IMG/VR virus record: IMGVR_UViG_3300020057_001228
Span: 64,001-128,000 of that record
Direction: 5' to 3' (one strand)
DNA: 64,000 nt
Source: a virus
Lineage: Duplodnaviria; Heunggongvirae; Uroviricota; Caudoviricetes
Part shown: piece after piece, positions 8,738-19,072 of the stretch
Layout: every line of letters starts with the position of its first letter
Numbering within the stretch: position 1 is the first letter of the stretch
The notes under the pieces: model-generated
The model's input: only the letters and a program-made list of their open reading frames with translations
What the model was told of the DNA's origin: nothing
Databases searched by the model: none
Position numbers and translations under genes: made by a program

Positions 8738-10851
8738 TGGCTGAAGCTGAAACCGTAGACGAGTGTGGACCAGCCTTTACTGCCGCTGCCGCTTCTAAAC
8801 GTGCGAGAGCTGCTTTAGCTACCGATCCTGATGTTGCTAAGAAGCTCATCAAGGAAGCCGAGGGCCTGGAGCAGATCGTCTCCAACCTACAGGTCATCAA
8901 AGACTCTCCTGGAATTCCTAGCAAGCAGGATATGATTGAGGCTAGCCTTCCTGGTAAGGGACCTGGTGATGTAGAGCAGGCGATGACCTTCTCTGACGTT
9001 GATGACGTTAAGCTACCTGTTGAAGGCTTACCGGATAGACAAGCTGTAAGTATGGAGACGGCTAAGTACTCTCAGGGTATGACTGATATCATGGCTATGC
9101 TTCTACCTCTACTGGCGTTAGCTGGTAGTGTATGGCAGACTCTCGGTGGCTTTGGCCAGATCATATCTATGTTCGATAGTATGACTGCTGCGTCTACTCC
9201 ACCAACCGGTCCTCTTACAGGTGATGCTAAGAAGGCAGAGGATGCTAAGTTCGCTATCAAGGTGGCTATCGAGGATGCTGGCTATACTATGGAGGATCTT
9301 AACGACCCTCTGAAGTCCAAGGAGATCGCTAAGAATGTAGAGATCCCTCCTACCCCAGGACTGTCCAGTAGCGCTATGTCTATAGATAACTTCATGGATA
9401 GGGTTATGCCTGTTATGCCCTGTGTAGCTGTTCCTAATGATCCTAATGTCAAATCAGATCTACCTAAAGGCTCAGGTGTTAAACAAGTCATTGAGACGGT
9501 ACCCAAGCAGATCCCTGGGTTGGTAGATTCATCTGCCGACAGCCCACCAGACTGCACGTTGGTTAACACCAACCAGTTTAGAAGTGACTCCAATATCTTC
9601 AAGGCTATTGGTAACCCTGCTGCTGCACTACAGGAAGACATCAGTCTCGCACAGGATCTGAACAACGTAGCTGGTCAACATCAAAACCTAGCAGCTGCTA
9701 TGACTAACATCAGTGACGCTGCAAAGAAGTTCGCTGAGGATGAGTTTACTGAGAGCCTAAGACTATCTATCAGAGCTCTTATCAAAGGACTCTGCACATA
9801 TAACTTCCAGACTGATGAAACTGGTAGCTTTGCTTCGAGTACAGCTCGTTCGTTGAAGTGGTGGAATGCCTTTACTCCGCCTCCTCAAACGTTAGATCCA
9901 ACTATCATGGAGAAGATCAACAACGGTGAGACTCTGCTACCTGGGGACATTACAGCGTACAACAACGCTATTGTAGATCTAGTTACTGCATCAGACATAG
10001 CAGCTTCGCCAGAGACTAGGTTTGGTTCTATGCCAGGCACACTGGTCCATGCAGCTATAGGTAACGATCCTTATGCTGGTACGCTGGATGAGTTAGTAGA
10101 CGATATCCCAGCACTCGTTGCAACCCGTGAGGGTATCGGCGGTGGTGGTGTAGCAACTATCCAAGCTGTGATCTTTGACCTAGGTCAGATCGACGCTAGA
10201 GTTCTTGAGATCCCTATCATCATCATGGGAGCAGACCCTAGGATCCAGACGTACACTACACCTGTTCAGCGTTGGATCCTCAGTATGAAGTATATCCTTG
10301 CACTAACCCCTGCAGAGAGAATTGCACTCCAGCTTGTTGAGACAGACATCTCTACGACATCACTCTTGTTCATCGAGCAGGTACGTGCGTCTACTGTAGA
10401 CTTCGATACTCTTTACCTAGCACTACTCCAACATAAGGTCCCCTTTGAACAAAAGCAGGATCTAGACGCACTAACAGCTGCTTGGGATATCCTCAATAGT
10501 GTTCTCGTAATCGAACCCCTACAGCAGTCTCCTGAAGCTGTCATGTTTTTAACTGAGCTGCTTGCCACGAGACCTTTGTTACCTGGTAGTGAGTCTCTAA
10601 CTTATGCTATTGAGCAGCTGGTAGAGTCTACACTAGCTATTGGTGGGCCTCTTGGTAGTGATCTAGCACAGCTATGTGGCGTCGTTGGTGCTCTACTCCG
10701 TTGTGACATGGTTCTTAAGTCTCTCACCATAGTAGATGAGGATAAGGAGGAGCGTGTTAAGGAGCTACTTGAGCATGCTGACGAGATGGCGAAGCCTGTA
10801 GAAATCCTACCTAACCGTGAGATCTTCCTGAACATCAGCGAGGTTATCTAA
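8737..10851 (+). CDS. hypothetical 704-aa acidic, largely helical protein inside the spike locus
   Basis: Long ORF with TAATG overlaps on both sides. One hydrophobic stretch (IMAMLLPLLALAGSVWQTLGGF). No motif recognised. Confidence 0.7.
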   Translation: MAEAETVDECGPAFTAAAASKRARAALATDPDVAKKLIKEAEGLEQIVSNLQVIKDSPGIPSKQDMIEASLPGKGPGDVEQAMTFSDVDDVKLPVEGLPDRQAVSMETAKYSQGMTDIMAMLLPLLALAGSVWQTLGGFGQIISMFDSMTAASTPPTGPLTGDAKKAEDAKFAIKVAIEDAGYTMEDLNDPLKSKEIAKNVEIPPTPGLSSSAMSIDNFMDRVMPVMPCVAVPNDPNVKSDLPKGSGVKQVIETVPKQIPGLVDSSADSPPDCTLVNTNQFRSDSNIFKAIGNPAAALQEDISLAQDLNNVAGQHQNLAAAMTNISDAAKKFAEDEFTESLRLSIRALIKGLCTYNFQTDETGSFASSTARSLKWWNAFTPPPQTLDPTIMEKINNGETLLPGDITAYNNAIVDLVTASDIAASPETRFGSMPGTLVHAAIGNDPYAGTLDELVDDIPALVATREGIGGGGVATIQAVIFDLGQIDARVLEIPIIIMGADPRIQTYTTPVQRWILSMKYILALTPAERIALQLVETDISTTSLLFIEQVRASTVDFDTLYLALLQHKVPFEQKQDLDALTAAWDILNSVLVIEPLQQSPEAVMFLTELLATRPLLPGSESLTYAIEQLVESTLAIGGPLGSDLAQLCGVVGALLRCDMVLKSLTIVDEDKEERVKELLEHADEMAKPVEILPNREIFLNISEVI

Positions 10852-11966
10852 TGTCATTCCAAACAGCAGCAGCGGTAGCCTTAGGGGAAGTCTCAAAGGC
10901 CGCGTCATCTGTAACTAACCAGGTACAAACCAACACCAAGGCAGCACAGTGTCTGTTGTCTCAGTCTCAGACTGGTAAGAACCCAGCATCAAAGATCAAT
11001 CCACCAACCAAGAACAACCCAGCTAAGTACGAAGAAGACGACGAGGCTATCGTACGCGGGTCTGCTATGTGGTTGGCTAAAGTCATGAACAGGGCCAAAG
11101 CGTCCATCGAAGACGTACACAAGTACACCAGTAAGAAGGTTGGAGAATCTAACGTTGACGGGGATTTTAATTCTAATACTGCTCCTGGGTTCTCTGACAG
11201 GCTGGCAAAGATATTCAAAGACATTTCCAGAATCGCCACCGCCGTTACAGCCAATAAGGATCAAGGACATACAGTACAGAAGAATGCTGAGATCCTGGTC
11301 AACGTATCAAAAGTAACCCATAATCAAGCTGGTTCTGCCATCTACAACGAGGCGCCCATACTAATCAACGCTGCCCGTATCTTAGTCACCAGAGGTGTGC
11401 TACAGATCACTGAAGTGGCTGATAGGATGACTAAAGCAGATACAGATCAGTATCGGGTTAACCACCAGGTTATCTCTGCTAACCGTATCTCTAGGTTGAT
11501 CACGGGAAGTGACACAACAGCAGTAGATGGTGACTACAAAGTCATCCAAAAGAACTCTGCCAAAGATATAGTATTCCAGGCAGGCCGAGACTTCATCGCT
11601 AAGACCCTTAACGGGGCCATAAAGCTCTTGTCTAAGACTCTTGTAACCATAGAGGCACAACAAGGGATAGACATCGCTGCTGGGGGTGCTATGACCCTTA
11701 GCTCAGCTGCGTCAGTTACAATGAAAGGCTCAGCTATCGATATAACTGCAGCTGGTATTATTAACTTAGGTGGTGGTTCCCCAGGTAGTACACCATCGGT
11801 GCCATCTGCGGATTCTATCGAACCTCAGAACCTAACAGCTATTCCTAAAATCACAGCGGAAGCTACTGACAAGAAACCAGGAATGCTGTTTGAGACTAGA
11901 CCAGGGTTAAACCCACCTGGAGCAGTACTACCGCGGGTTAATAAGAACGACGAGCCGAATAGGTAA
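10851..11966 (+). CDS. spike beta-helix (gp5/VgrG C-terminal-like) protein
   Basis: Periodic beta-strand repeats 'DIVFQAGRDFIAKT.NGAIKLLSKTLVTIEAQQGIDIAAGGAMTLSSAASVTMKGSAIDITAAGIINLG' are typical of spike beta-helices. Confidence 0.65.
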   Translation: MSFQTAAAVALGEVSKAASSVTNQVQTNTKAAQCLLSQSQTGKNPASKINPPTKNNPAKYEEDDEAIVRGSAMWLAKVMNRAKASIEDVHKYTSKKVGESNVDGDFNSNTAPGFSDRLAKIFKDISRIATAVTANKDQGHTVQKNAEILVNVSKVTHNQAGSAIYNEAPILINAARILVTRGVLQITEVADRMTKADTDQYRVNHQVISANRISRLITGSDTTAVDGDYKVIQKNSAKDIVFQAGRDFIAKTLNGAIKLLSKTLVTIEAQQGIDIAAGGAMTLSSAASVTMKGSAIDITAAGIINLGGGSPGSTPSVPSADSIEPQNLTAIPKITAEATDKKPGMLFETRPGLNPPGAVLPRVNKNDEPNR

Positions 11967-11971
11967 CAGCT

Positions 11972-12445
11972 ATGGCAAATCCTTTTGTTATTGATGCCTT
12001 CGACCCAGCAATACTGGGTGCTGATTTAGCGTGGACTGCTGCGTCAAATAGAGCTAAGGATCTACGTTCTGGTGATCTTATGATGACCTCAACTGGAGAT
12101 ATAGCTTTAGTGGAGGGTGTTCAGCTCGTCGTTCAGTTGCGTATCAGAGAGCTAACTACACCTCTTGGCTACTTTGCTCAGGTAGTAGAGGACATCAATG
12201 GTGTGACTATCCTTGATGCTGACTACGGTAATCCAACGTACACATATCTGTCAGAGCCAGCTAACACACTACCCCTGGAGCTGATTGCAGAGATGTGTAG
12301 GGATATTATGCTCAAAGATGCACGTATCAAAGATGCCAGAGTTAAACCAAACATCGACCCTGGAACAGGTAACCTAGTCATCCAGGTGGACTTCAGTCTC
12401 ATCGACGGAACACAAGCCGAGCTGGCTCTATCCCTAAATCTGTAG
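11972..12445 (+). CDS. baseplate wedge / sheath initiator (gp25/gpW-like)
   Basis: 'GDIALVEGVQLVVQLRIREL.TPLG...DYGNP...DARIKDARV' fits the gp25-like pattern. Lies directly before baseplate J. Confidence 0.8.
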   Translation: MANPFVIDAFDPAILGADLAWTAASNRAKDLRSGDLMMTSTGDIALVEGVQLVVQLRIRELTTPLGYFAQVVEDINGVTILDADYGNPTYTYLSEPANTLPLELIAEMCRDIMLKDARIKDARVKPNIDPGTGNLVIQVDFSLIDGTQAELALSLNL

Positions 12446-12460
12446 TAATGGAGAACCAGT

Positions 12461-13561
12461 ATGGCACTGCAACTTAAAGACACTCAGCAGCTAATCGATG
12501 AGTTGACCCTAGCTATCCTCCAGCAGGGTGGACCTATCGTTGACTTTAGCCAGGGGTCTAACGCGTATACGTTGACTCGCGCTGTAGCTATTGTCTTAGG
12601 CTTAACCTACAAGAACATCGATGAAGCTGTAACCAACGCATTCATCTCTACTGCCTCTGGTGATGCGCTAGAAGCCCATACGGCTTCCTTTGGTGTGTCC
12701 AAGAAACAAGGTACTCTATCTCAGGGTAACCTTATCGCTATACCTAAGGTAGTTGGTGCGCAGGGTATTCTTTCACCTACGAGTAAGTTTGCTACTCTAG
12801 ACGGCAAGTATGAGTTCGTGGTTGATCAATCAACCATCCTAGCTGTGCCTTCTACATTGGTACCAATCACTGCTGTATCTATTGGTTCTGAATACGATCT
12901 AGCTCCCGGTACTCCATTGATCGATGTCTCAGGTTCTCTGAATAACTCGTGGACCTTTATGGTTTGTACAGATGGTCTAGATACTCTAGGTAATCCAACA
13001 GGCTTCCTCCGTGGTGGTTCATCTGAGGAGACTGATGACGAACTGAGGACCAGGTTTGTTGAGTTCATCAACTCTCTATCTAGGTCTACCTTTAGGGCTG
13101 TTCGTACAGCGGTAGCCAGTGTGCCTGACGTTGAGTCCTTTGTTCTGAAGGAGCATGACCCCGGTGTAGGTTGGTTTACTGTCTATCTTGACGATGGTAC
13201 AGACGCTCTACCACAGTCTCTGATTGATGCTGTTACAGCTACCCTGGATGCTACTAAGGCTCTAGGCATCGCGTATGAGATCAAGCAGATGCCTAAGATC
13301 ATTACCAACATTACGCTTCAGGTGAAGATAGACCCAGGCTTTGCACCTGCTGCTGTTGAGTCAGCTGTTAAAGATCAGATTACTGATTACCTAAAGACTC
13401 TACAGTTTGGCCAGTCTCTATACCTACCTAAGATTGCAGACCTAGCGTACAACGTTCCAGGTGTACTCAGACCTACCGTATTCCAACCTCTCACAGATGT
13501 TCTCGTAGAACCTGAAGAGGTAGTAAGGGCTGGCGTCATCACAGTAACATCGGTGCTATAA
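12461..13561 (+). CDS. baseplate J-like protein
   Basis: 'FISTASGDALEAH', 'GGSSEETDDELRTRF', 'VASVPDVES' and 'GWFTVYLDDG' are baseplate-J motifs. Confidence 0.9.
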   Translation: MALQLKDTQQLIDELTLAILQQGGPIVDFSQGSNAYTLTRAVAIVLGLTYKNIDEAVTNAFISTASGDALEAHTASFGVSKKQGTLSQGNLIAIPKVVGAQGILSPTSKFATLDGKYEFVVDQSTILAVPSTLVPITAVSIGSEYDLAPGTPLIDVSGSLNNSWTFMVCTDGLDTLGNPTGFLRGGSSEETDDELRTRFVEFINSLSRSTFRAVRTAVASVPDVESFVLKEHDPGVGWFTVYLDDGTDALPQSLIDAVTATLDATKALGIAYEIKQMPKIITNITLQVKIDPGFAPAAVESAVKDQITDYLKTLQFGQSLYLPKIADLAYNVPGVLRPTVFQPLTDVLVEPEEVVRAGVITVTSVL

Positions 13562-13562
13562 G

Positions 13563-14756
13563 ATGCCTTTACAGAGACAAGTAGTAACGCCAGCCATTGA
13601 GTTGGTTAAGGCTCTAACTACCAGCAAAGTGTTGAACTCTGTTCCCACTGGGTTTAGATGGTTCCACGAAGATAGCCTAGCTCCTACCAAGGAACTTGGT
13701 CAGCTTCTCCATGGTATGGCAGATGTCCTCTCACCCCTCGTACACACGTCTGAGGAGTTGAAGTACGCTGCTGCCCTTAGGTCTGCTACAGGTGTCCTGC
13801 TGGACCTCCTAGGACAGGGCTACGGCATTCTACGTAACCCGCTTGAGATAGATGATGACTACGCTATTCGTATCCAGCAAGAGCTGTTGATCGAACGCGT
13901 AACTGGTCCTGCTATCCTAGCTGGTTTAACCGCTCTGATGCCCGGAGCTGTTCTGTTTGAACCATGGAGGTTCTTACCCAAGCCTTCAGAGAACTGGATT
14001 CCTTCAGACGATCAGCCTCTTGAGAGTGCTGACTACTGGCGTACAGCTGTATTTGACCTATTCCTATACCCAGATCGTGGTGATGTACCTGGCATTGAAT
14101 CCTTCATTCAGTTCATGAAGGCGTATGGTGTTAAGCATTGGTTCACCGTAGTACAACCTGACGCACACATTGATACCAATGATGATCCTCTTATCCCTGA
14201 TGCTACGTATCTACTGCTACCTAACGGATTGCAGGACCCTCGTACACCACGTAAAGCGAACAACGTAGTCGTATCAAATACAATCCTACAGACAGATGAT
14301 GTCGCTGGACCTTGGGAAGGTTGGCTTCCATCAGCTTATGGTGGTGAACCTTCAGGTGATCTAACACCATCAGGTTTCGAAGAGACTTACTTCGTTCTAG
14401 ACCTTATCCAAGATTTCTACACGGAGATGGGTAAGAATCTTTTAGCTGGAGATCCTATCCCAACAGTTGGTTTTGATAGACAGTCAGCCAATTACGCCGC
14501 TGCCCTACTCGCTGGGTTTAGCTTTCCAGACATCCCTGTGGACGATTTGAGTAAAAATGTAGTTATCTCCGTAGATATATTTGCGTCTGAAGCTATAGGC
14601 TCAAACGTATACAACATCATAAGAGAGCCATTCACACCAGACACCACCCTATCGGATATTCAGGCCAAGTGTGTTATAAGACAGATGACATCCTTAGGAG
14701 ATCCTGATACATTAGGAAGTGGTACTTTCTTGGGTGGCGAGTTGGTCAGTAGCTAG
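13563..14756 (+). CDS. baseplate wedge protein (gpI-like)
   Basis: 'ATGVLLDLLGQGYGILRNPLEIDDDYAIRI' pattern. Follows baseplate J. Confidence 0.65.
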   Translation: MPLQRQVVTPAIELVKALTTSKVLNSVPTGFRWFHEDSLAPTKELGQLLHGMADVLSPLVHTSEELKYAAALRSATGVLLDLLGQGYGILRNPLEIDDDYAIRIQQELLIERVTGPAILAGLTALMPGAVLFEPWRFLPKPSENWIPSDDQPLESADYWRTAVFDLFLYPDRGDVPGIESFIQFMKAYGVKHWFTVVQPDAHIDTNDDPLIPDATYLLLPNGLQDPRTPRKANNVVVSNTILQTDDVAGPWEGWLPSAYGGEPSGDLTPSGFEETYFVLDLIQDFYTEMGKNLLAGDPIPTVGFDRQSANYAAALLAGFSFPDIPVDDLSKNVVISVDIFASEAIGSNVYNIIREPFTPDTTLSDIQAKCVIRQMTSLGDPDTLGSGTFLGGELVSS

Positions 14757-14768
14757 GGAGTTGTTTGG

Positions 14769-15314
14769 ATGCCGTTTGTTATAACTCCACAGTTTGTGGG
14801 CGTGGGTACGATTAGATCTCACGTTAGGCGTGCTCTAGAGTTCACCCAAAAGACTGATGTCTATGTGTCCTTTGGTAAGACTACAAGCTGGCCTGATGAC
14901 GCTATTCCACCAGACCCAGATCCTCTAGCGATCTTAATAGCTGAACCTGTCGGCTATAAGAAGGTAACTAAGAACGTGCTCGTGGTTCCAGATGTTGCTG
15001 GACCGATCGAGATCTACGGGCTTAACTGGAGAGAAGTAGCTGGTGTTGATGCTTATACAGAGTCTGCACGTCACGTGTGGATCCAAGGGCAGCTCAACTA
15101 TGATGAGTTCCCTACAAACATCAGCTACCGCCAGCTAGGGATCTTCACGGGTCTAGTAAGAGAAGCTGCTGATGAACTAGCTAATCCTGGTAAGACAGCT
15201 TTACTTCCAGCAGTCGTTGACGATCCTGGTATCCTAGAATATATCTACAATGACAGGCCCATACCAAGGGCTGTGAACCGTAGAGATTTCATTAATGTGA
15301 TTCTGACTTTCTAA
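14769..15314 (+). CDS. baseplate wedge subunit (T4 gp8-like / Herelleviridae-type)
   Basis: 'VYVSFGKTTSWPDDAIPPDP...VGYKKV...YRQLGIFTGL...R.INVILTF' pattern. Directly precedes the DUF4815-type gene. Confidence 0.6.
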   Translation: MPFVITPQFVGVGTIRSHVRRALEFTQKTDVYVSFGKTTSWPDDAIPPDPDPLAILIAEPVGYKKVTKNVLVVPDVAGPIEIYGLNWREVAGVDAYTESARHVWIQGQLNYDEFPTNISYRQLGIFTGLVREAADELANPGKTALLPAVVDDPGILEYIYNDRPIPRAVNRRDFINVILTF

Positions 15315-15325
15315 GGGACTAACTA

Positions 15326-18300
15326 ATGACAATTTACTACGATAGGTACAACCGTTCTACCAAGAAGTGGAAGGGTTTGAAGTTCGTCCCAGGTCGTGTT
15401 GTTCAGCTACCAGAGCTCAACGAGATGCAGTCTGTAGCACATGACAACTTCAAACAGATCAGTGACGTTCTGTTTAAGGATGGAAGTATCGTTGCTGGAC
15501 TACAGCTAATCCCCGACGCGAACAATGTGAACAACAGGATCGTAACAGCTGGGCAGGTGTACGCTTACGGCTACATCATCGATGCCCCTCAGGGCACTGT
15601 TACCATTGCTAACCTCTCTGAGGAAAAGATCGGTATCAAGCTAACCGAAACAGTAGTCACCGAGAACGAAGACGTTGAGCAGAACGACCCAGTAGAGGGT
15701 GCTAAGAACCAGGGTAGACCTGGTGCCCATCGTCTCACATACGTTCCTACCTACACGGTTAACGATGACGATGCGTTTACCCTCCACATCCTGCGCTTTG
15801 GTGAACTTGTAACCAACAACATCCCACCGCAGTTTGACGAGCTAAACAAGACTCTGGCTATCAGGACCTATGATGAGTCAGGTTCATACCTAGTTAATGG
15901 GATGAACGCACGTGTAGAGGACTCTACGCTAGACTACGTTCTTCAGTTCCGCTCTACGCAGCTTGACGACCTAGCTCTTACAGTAGGTATCCTTCGGGAG
16001 CCGTTGGAGGATGACGTTACTCTTGCAGGGCGTGTAGTAGCAGAGTCTATGCTTACCGTTGTGGAAGCTGGTCTGGCGTATGTATCTGGCTTCCGCATCG
16101 AGAAGCCATCTCCTACACGTGTACTGATCCCTAAATCTAAGACTGAGCGCTTCGTCAACGGGGAGATTAAGAGCTTACCCGCAGTCCATGTAGCGGGTAC
16201 AGCTGTAGACTTGTTTGTATCAGACCTACCTGTAAGCAGACTTGGGGAGGTAACAGCATCCATCAGGAAGACCTTCGCTAACGTTGTTCGTTCTAACGTA
16301 ACGTCCGGCGACTTCTTACCTACTGCTGGGCCTGTCATTGGTGCACCTGCGTCAGTTACATACACAGATATCAGCTCAGTGGTACATACGTATTCACTAG
16401 GCACCCACTACACATTCGCGAGCAATACTATCACCTGGATTGACCCAGATAACATTGATCCTAACGTTACTGTTCCTCGTGGCGCTAGTTACATTGTGGT
16501 CCTTGACTATAACGCCACCCTTACGGTTGGAGATGACAACACGGCTGATGTGTATCTGTTCGACGGTCCTACAGGCACTGTGAGGCTCACAGGTAAGATC
16601 GCTGGGTATAACGTACAGTACACACCTAATGGCTTCTCTAGCATCGACTACTACTGGTACCTAAATCGTTCTGATCTTATCTACATGGATAAGGACGGTA
16701 AGATCGATGTGATCCTAGGACAGTCTGATCGCAACCCTGTTGTTAAAGGGGTGCCTTCTGGTGCCTTTGGTATCGCTCAGGTAGCCCTTGTTGCTAACCA
16801 GAACGCCGCAGCTACTCAGGTTACGGACGTTAAGATCAGACGTTTAACCATGACAGATCTGAATGATCTAGTTAAGCGTCTAGAGCGTGCTGAGTATAAC
16901 CAGGCTATTACGAATCTAAATGTAACTGCTCGGCTCGGCGTTGCTAACAACATCAACCTAAAGGGTATCTTTACTGATGCCTTTAGTAACGTTGATAAGT
17001 TGGACACCAACCATGCAGACTACATCGCTAACAAGATCGGATTCAACTTCACAGAAGGATTCATTACCCCAGGTGAGGATCGTACCGAAGCTATCCCAGC
17101 GTTCACTACTGTTGGCAGCACTGGCTACAAAGAGGGACCTAGGTTCCTAACCAGTGCTACAGCCGGCGGTATCTATGACACTAGCCGTATGAGTCAGCTA
17201 GATGCTACAAGTACTGTACAGATCAATCAGTACAGCGCCTTCAGTATGGGTGCCACTATGACAGTGAGCCCTGATGCTGACATCGCTACATCTAACAACA
17301 GTGTAGTCTTAGGTAGCGCTGGTAGCGGTTCTATTACGGTGACTACAGGTAGCCTGAGCGCCGACGAGATCAACAGGCAACGGTTCAGCGCAGCTCAGAA
17401 CATCACTATGTCCGATTCCACACGCTTTGCGCGTAGCCGCGTTGTGACTATCAGTGCTGCTGGTTTCCCAGCCTTTGCAGATAACCTGGCTGTTACTATG
17501 GACCAGATTGCTATAAGTGCTACACCTACAGGAACAACCACTGTTGGTGCACAGCCGTTCAATGGTAAGACCACAGTCAAAGCCGACTCCACCGGTAAGG
17601 TAACTGCTACGTTCACAATCCCTGCTAACACTATCATCTCAGGTGTTAGAACGGTAAGGTTGTCCAACGGGACTGTGACAGCAGAGACAACTTACACAGC
17701 TACGAACGTAGTGAACACTTCTCTGACATTCTTGCCTGCGGTTACCTTCGTAAACCCTGTACCTAGGAACGCTGACCCAGTGGCACAGACGTTCTCCTTT
17801 GGTACTGCTAATGGTGGTGCTGCTCTAGTAGCTGGTATCGATCTATACTTCTCAGCAAAGCCTACAACGGGTGATACGCAGGCTAACAGGCTGATCGTAC
17901 AGATACGTAGGACTACAGCTGGTATCCCTGATAGTGAGAAGGTTCTCGCCAGCAAAGATGTGATGCCTAGCGATGTAAATATCTCTAACAACGGTACAGT
18001 TGCTACTCGTGTGATCTTTGACGACTCTGTTCTTTGCGAGAAGGACGTAGAGTACTCTGTAGTATTGCTATCAATCAGCAATCAGTACTATGTCTACAAG
18101 GCTACTCTTGGTGAGTCCACGATTGGTGCAAACCCTCGTGTCATCTCCGAGCAGGCTCATGGAGGCGTACTACTGACATCTGCCAACGGTTCCACGTGGA
18201 CACCTGATCAGTTCTCCGATCTAAAGTTCGCTCTGTTGTGCACAAACACACCAAGTACGACAATCCTTCGGTTTGATAACGTTACGTTCCCCTATACAGT

Positions 18301-18874
18301 TAATCAGCTACAGTTGCTAGCTAGGCAGCTAGAGGTACCTGGGTCCACTGTTGTATGGCAGTACTCTACAGATGCATTTGCAACTGATATCAATAGCATT
18401 GATCACACAGGTGTTGTTAACATCATGCGTGCATCAGCCTCTGTAATCTCCCTGCGGGCTGTTATCAGTAACTCAGGAACGTTTGTATCCAGCCAAATCG
18501 AGAAGCTAAGTGTCACTCTCCTTGGTATCAGGAATAAGCCAACTGGTGTATACGTATCCAAAGCAATCCAGTTGTTACAGACTCCTGCGAACATCAAGAT
18601 CCAGTTGGATGTAAAAGTACCAGCAGGTACCACCTTCCAGCTAGAGTACGGTCTACAGGACGGCTTCGGTGCGATAACTTGGTATCCGACCAGCATCTCT
18701 GGTAGCCCTGCAGTTACTAATGAACCAGGTTACTCTACGTACACGTATGACTCTGGAGTCATCAGTACAGCGCACACTATCGTTAGGGTAAGAACAACAC
18801 TTACCTCAAATGTAAGTGGAGCGGATATCATATCCTCACCAAGAGCTCGTAGGCTTGTAGCCATCGTTTCATAA
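15326..18874 (+). CDS. DUF4815-family baseplate/adsorption-associated tail protein
   Basis: N-terminus 'YYDRYN...LKFVPGRVVQLPELNEMQS...LFKDG', 'LAIRTYDESGSYLVNG', 'GIFTDAFS', 'DPVAQTF', 'WTPDQFSDLKF'. Confidence 0.8.
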   Translation: MTIYYDRYNRSTKKWKGLKFVPGRVVQLPELNEMQSVAHDNFKQISDVLFKDGSIVAGLQLIPDANNVNNRIVTAGQVYAYGYIIDAPQGTVTIANLSEEKIGIKLTETVVTENEDVEQNDPVEGAKNQGRPGAHRLTYVPTYTVNDDDAFTLHILRFGELVTNNIPPQFDELNKTLAIRTYDESGSYLVNGMNARVEDSTLDYVLQFRSTQLDDLALTVGILREPLEDDVTLAGRVVAESMLTVVEAGLAYVSGFRIEKPSPTRVLIPKSKTERFVNGEIKSLPAVHVAGTAVDLFVSDLPVSRLGEVTASIRKTFANVVRSNVTSGDFLPTAGPVIGAPASVTYTDISSVVHTYSLGTHYTFASNTITWIDPDNIDPNVTVPRGASYIVVLDYNATLTVGDDNTADVYLFDGPTGTVRLTGKIAGYNVQYTPNGFSSIDYYWYLNRSDLIYMDKDGKIDVILGQSDRNPVVKGVPSGAFGIAQVALVANQNAAATQVTDVKIRRLTMTDLNDLVKRLERAEYNQAITNLNVTARLGVANNINLKGIFTDAFSNVDKLDTNHADYIANKIGFNFTEGFITPGEDRTEAIPAFTTVGSTGYKEGPRFLTSATAGGIYDTSRMSQLDATSTVQINQYSAFSMGATMTVSPDADIATSNNSVVLGSAGSGSITVTTGSLSADEINRQRFSAAQNITMSDSTRFARSRVVTISAAGFPAFADNLAVTMDQIAISATPTGTTTVGAQPFNGKTTVKADSTGKVTATFTIPANTIISGVRTVRLSNGTVTAETTYTATNVVNTSLTFLPAVTFVNPVPRNADPVAQTFSFGTANGGAALVAGIDLYFSAKPTTGDTQANRLIVQIRRTTAGIPDSEKVLASKDVMPSDVNISNNGTVATRVIFDDSVLCEKDVEYSVVLLSISNQYYVYKATLGESTIGANPRVISEQAHGGVLLTSANGSTWTPDQFSDLKFALLCTNTPSTTILRFDNVTFPYTVNQLQLLARQLEVPGSTVVWQYSTDAFATDINSIDHTGVVNIMRASASVISLRAVISNSGTFVSSQIEKLSVTLLGIRNKPTGVYVSKAIQLLQTPANIKIQLDVKVPAGTTFQLEYGLQDGFGAITWYPTSISGSPAVTNEPGYSTYTYDSGVISTAHTIVRVRTTLTSNVSGADIISSPRARRLVAIVS

Positions 18875-18883
18875 GAGGTAGCC

Positions 18884-19072
18884 ATGCAAGACTATTTAGA
18901 AGATTCCTCTGGGGCATGGGTGTTCCCACCTAGTGCTGGCCAGACTCTAGCAGAAGAGAACGCTAAGCTGAAGACTTTGCTAGCGTCTATCCTGGCTGCT
19001 CTCCCAGCTGATGTTACCAGGAAGATTCCTGATGAGCACATGAAGGCGGTTACTGGCGATGGCTCTAACTAA
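18884..19072 (+). CDS. small hypothetical protein (possible fibre chaperone)
   Basis: 62 aa, AGAGG SD, short coiled coil 'LAEENAKLKTLL'. Confidence 0.55.
   Translation: MQDYLEDSSGAWVFPPSAGQTLAEENAKLKTLLASILAALPADVTRKIPDEHMKAVTGDGSN

Noticed and set aside
1992-14756. Locus as a stand-alone eCIS/tailocin rather than a phage
   Set aside because: Terminase, lysis and a full replication arm are linked to it, and no Afp15-type AAA ATPase was seen.
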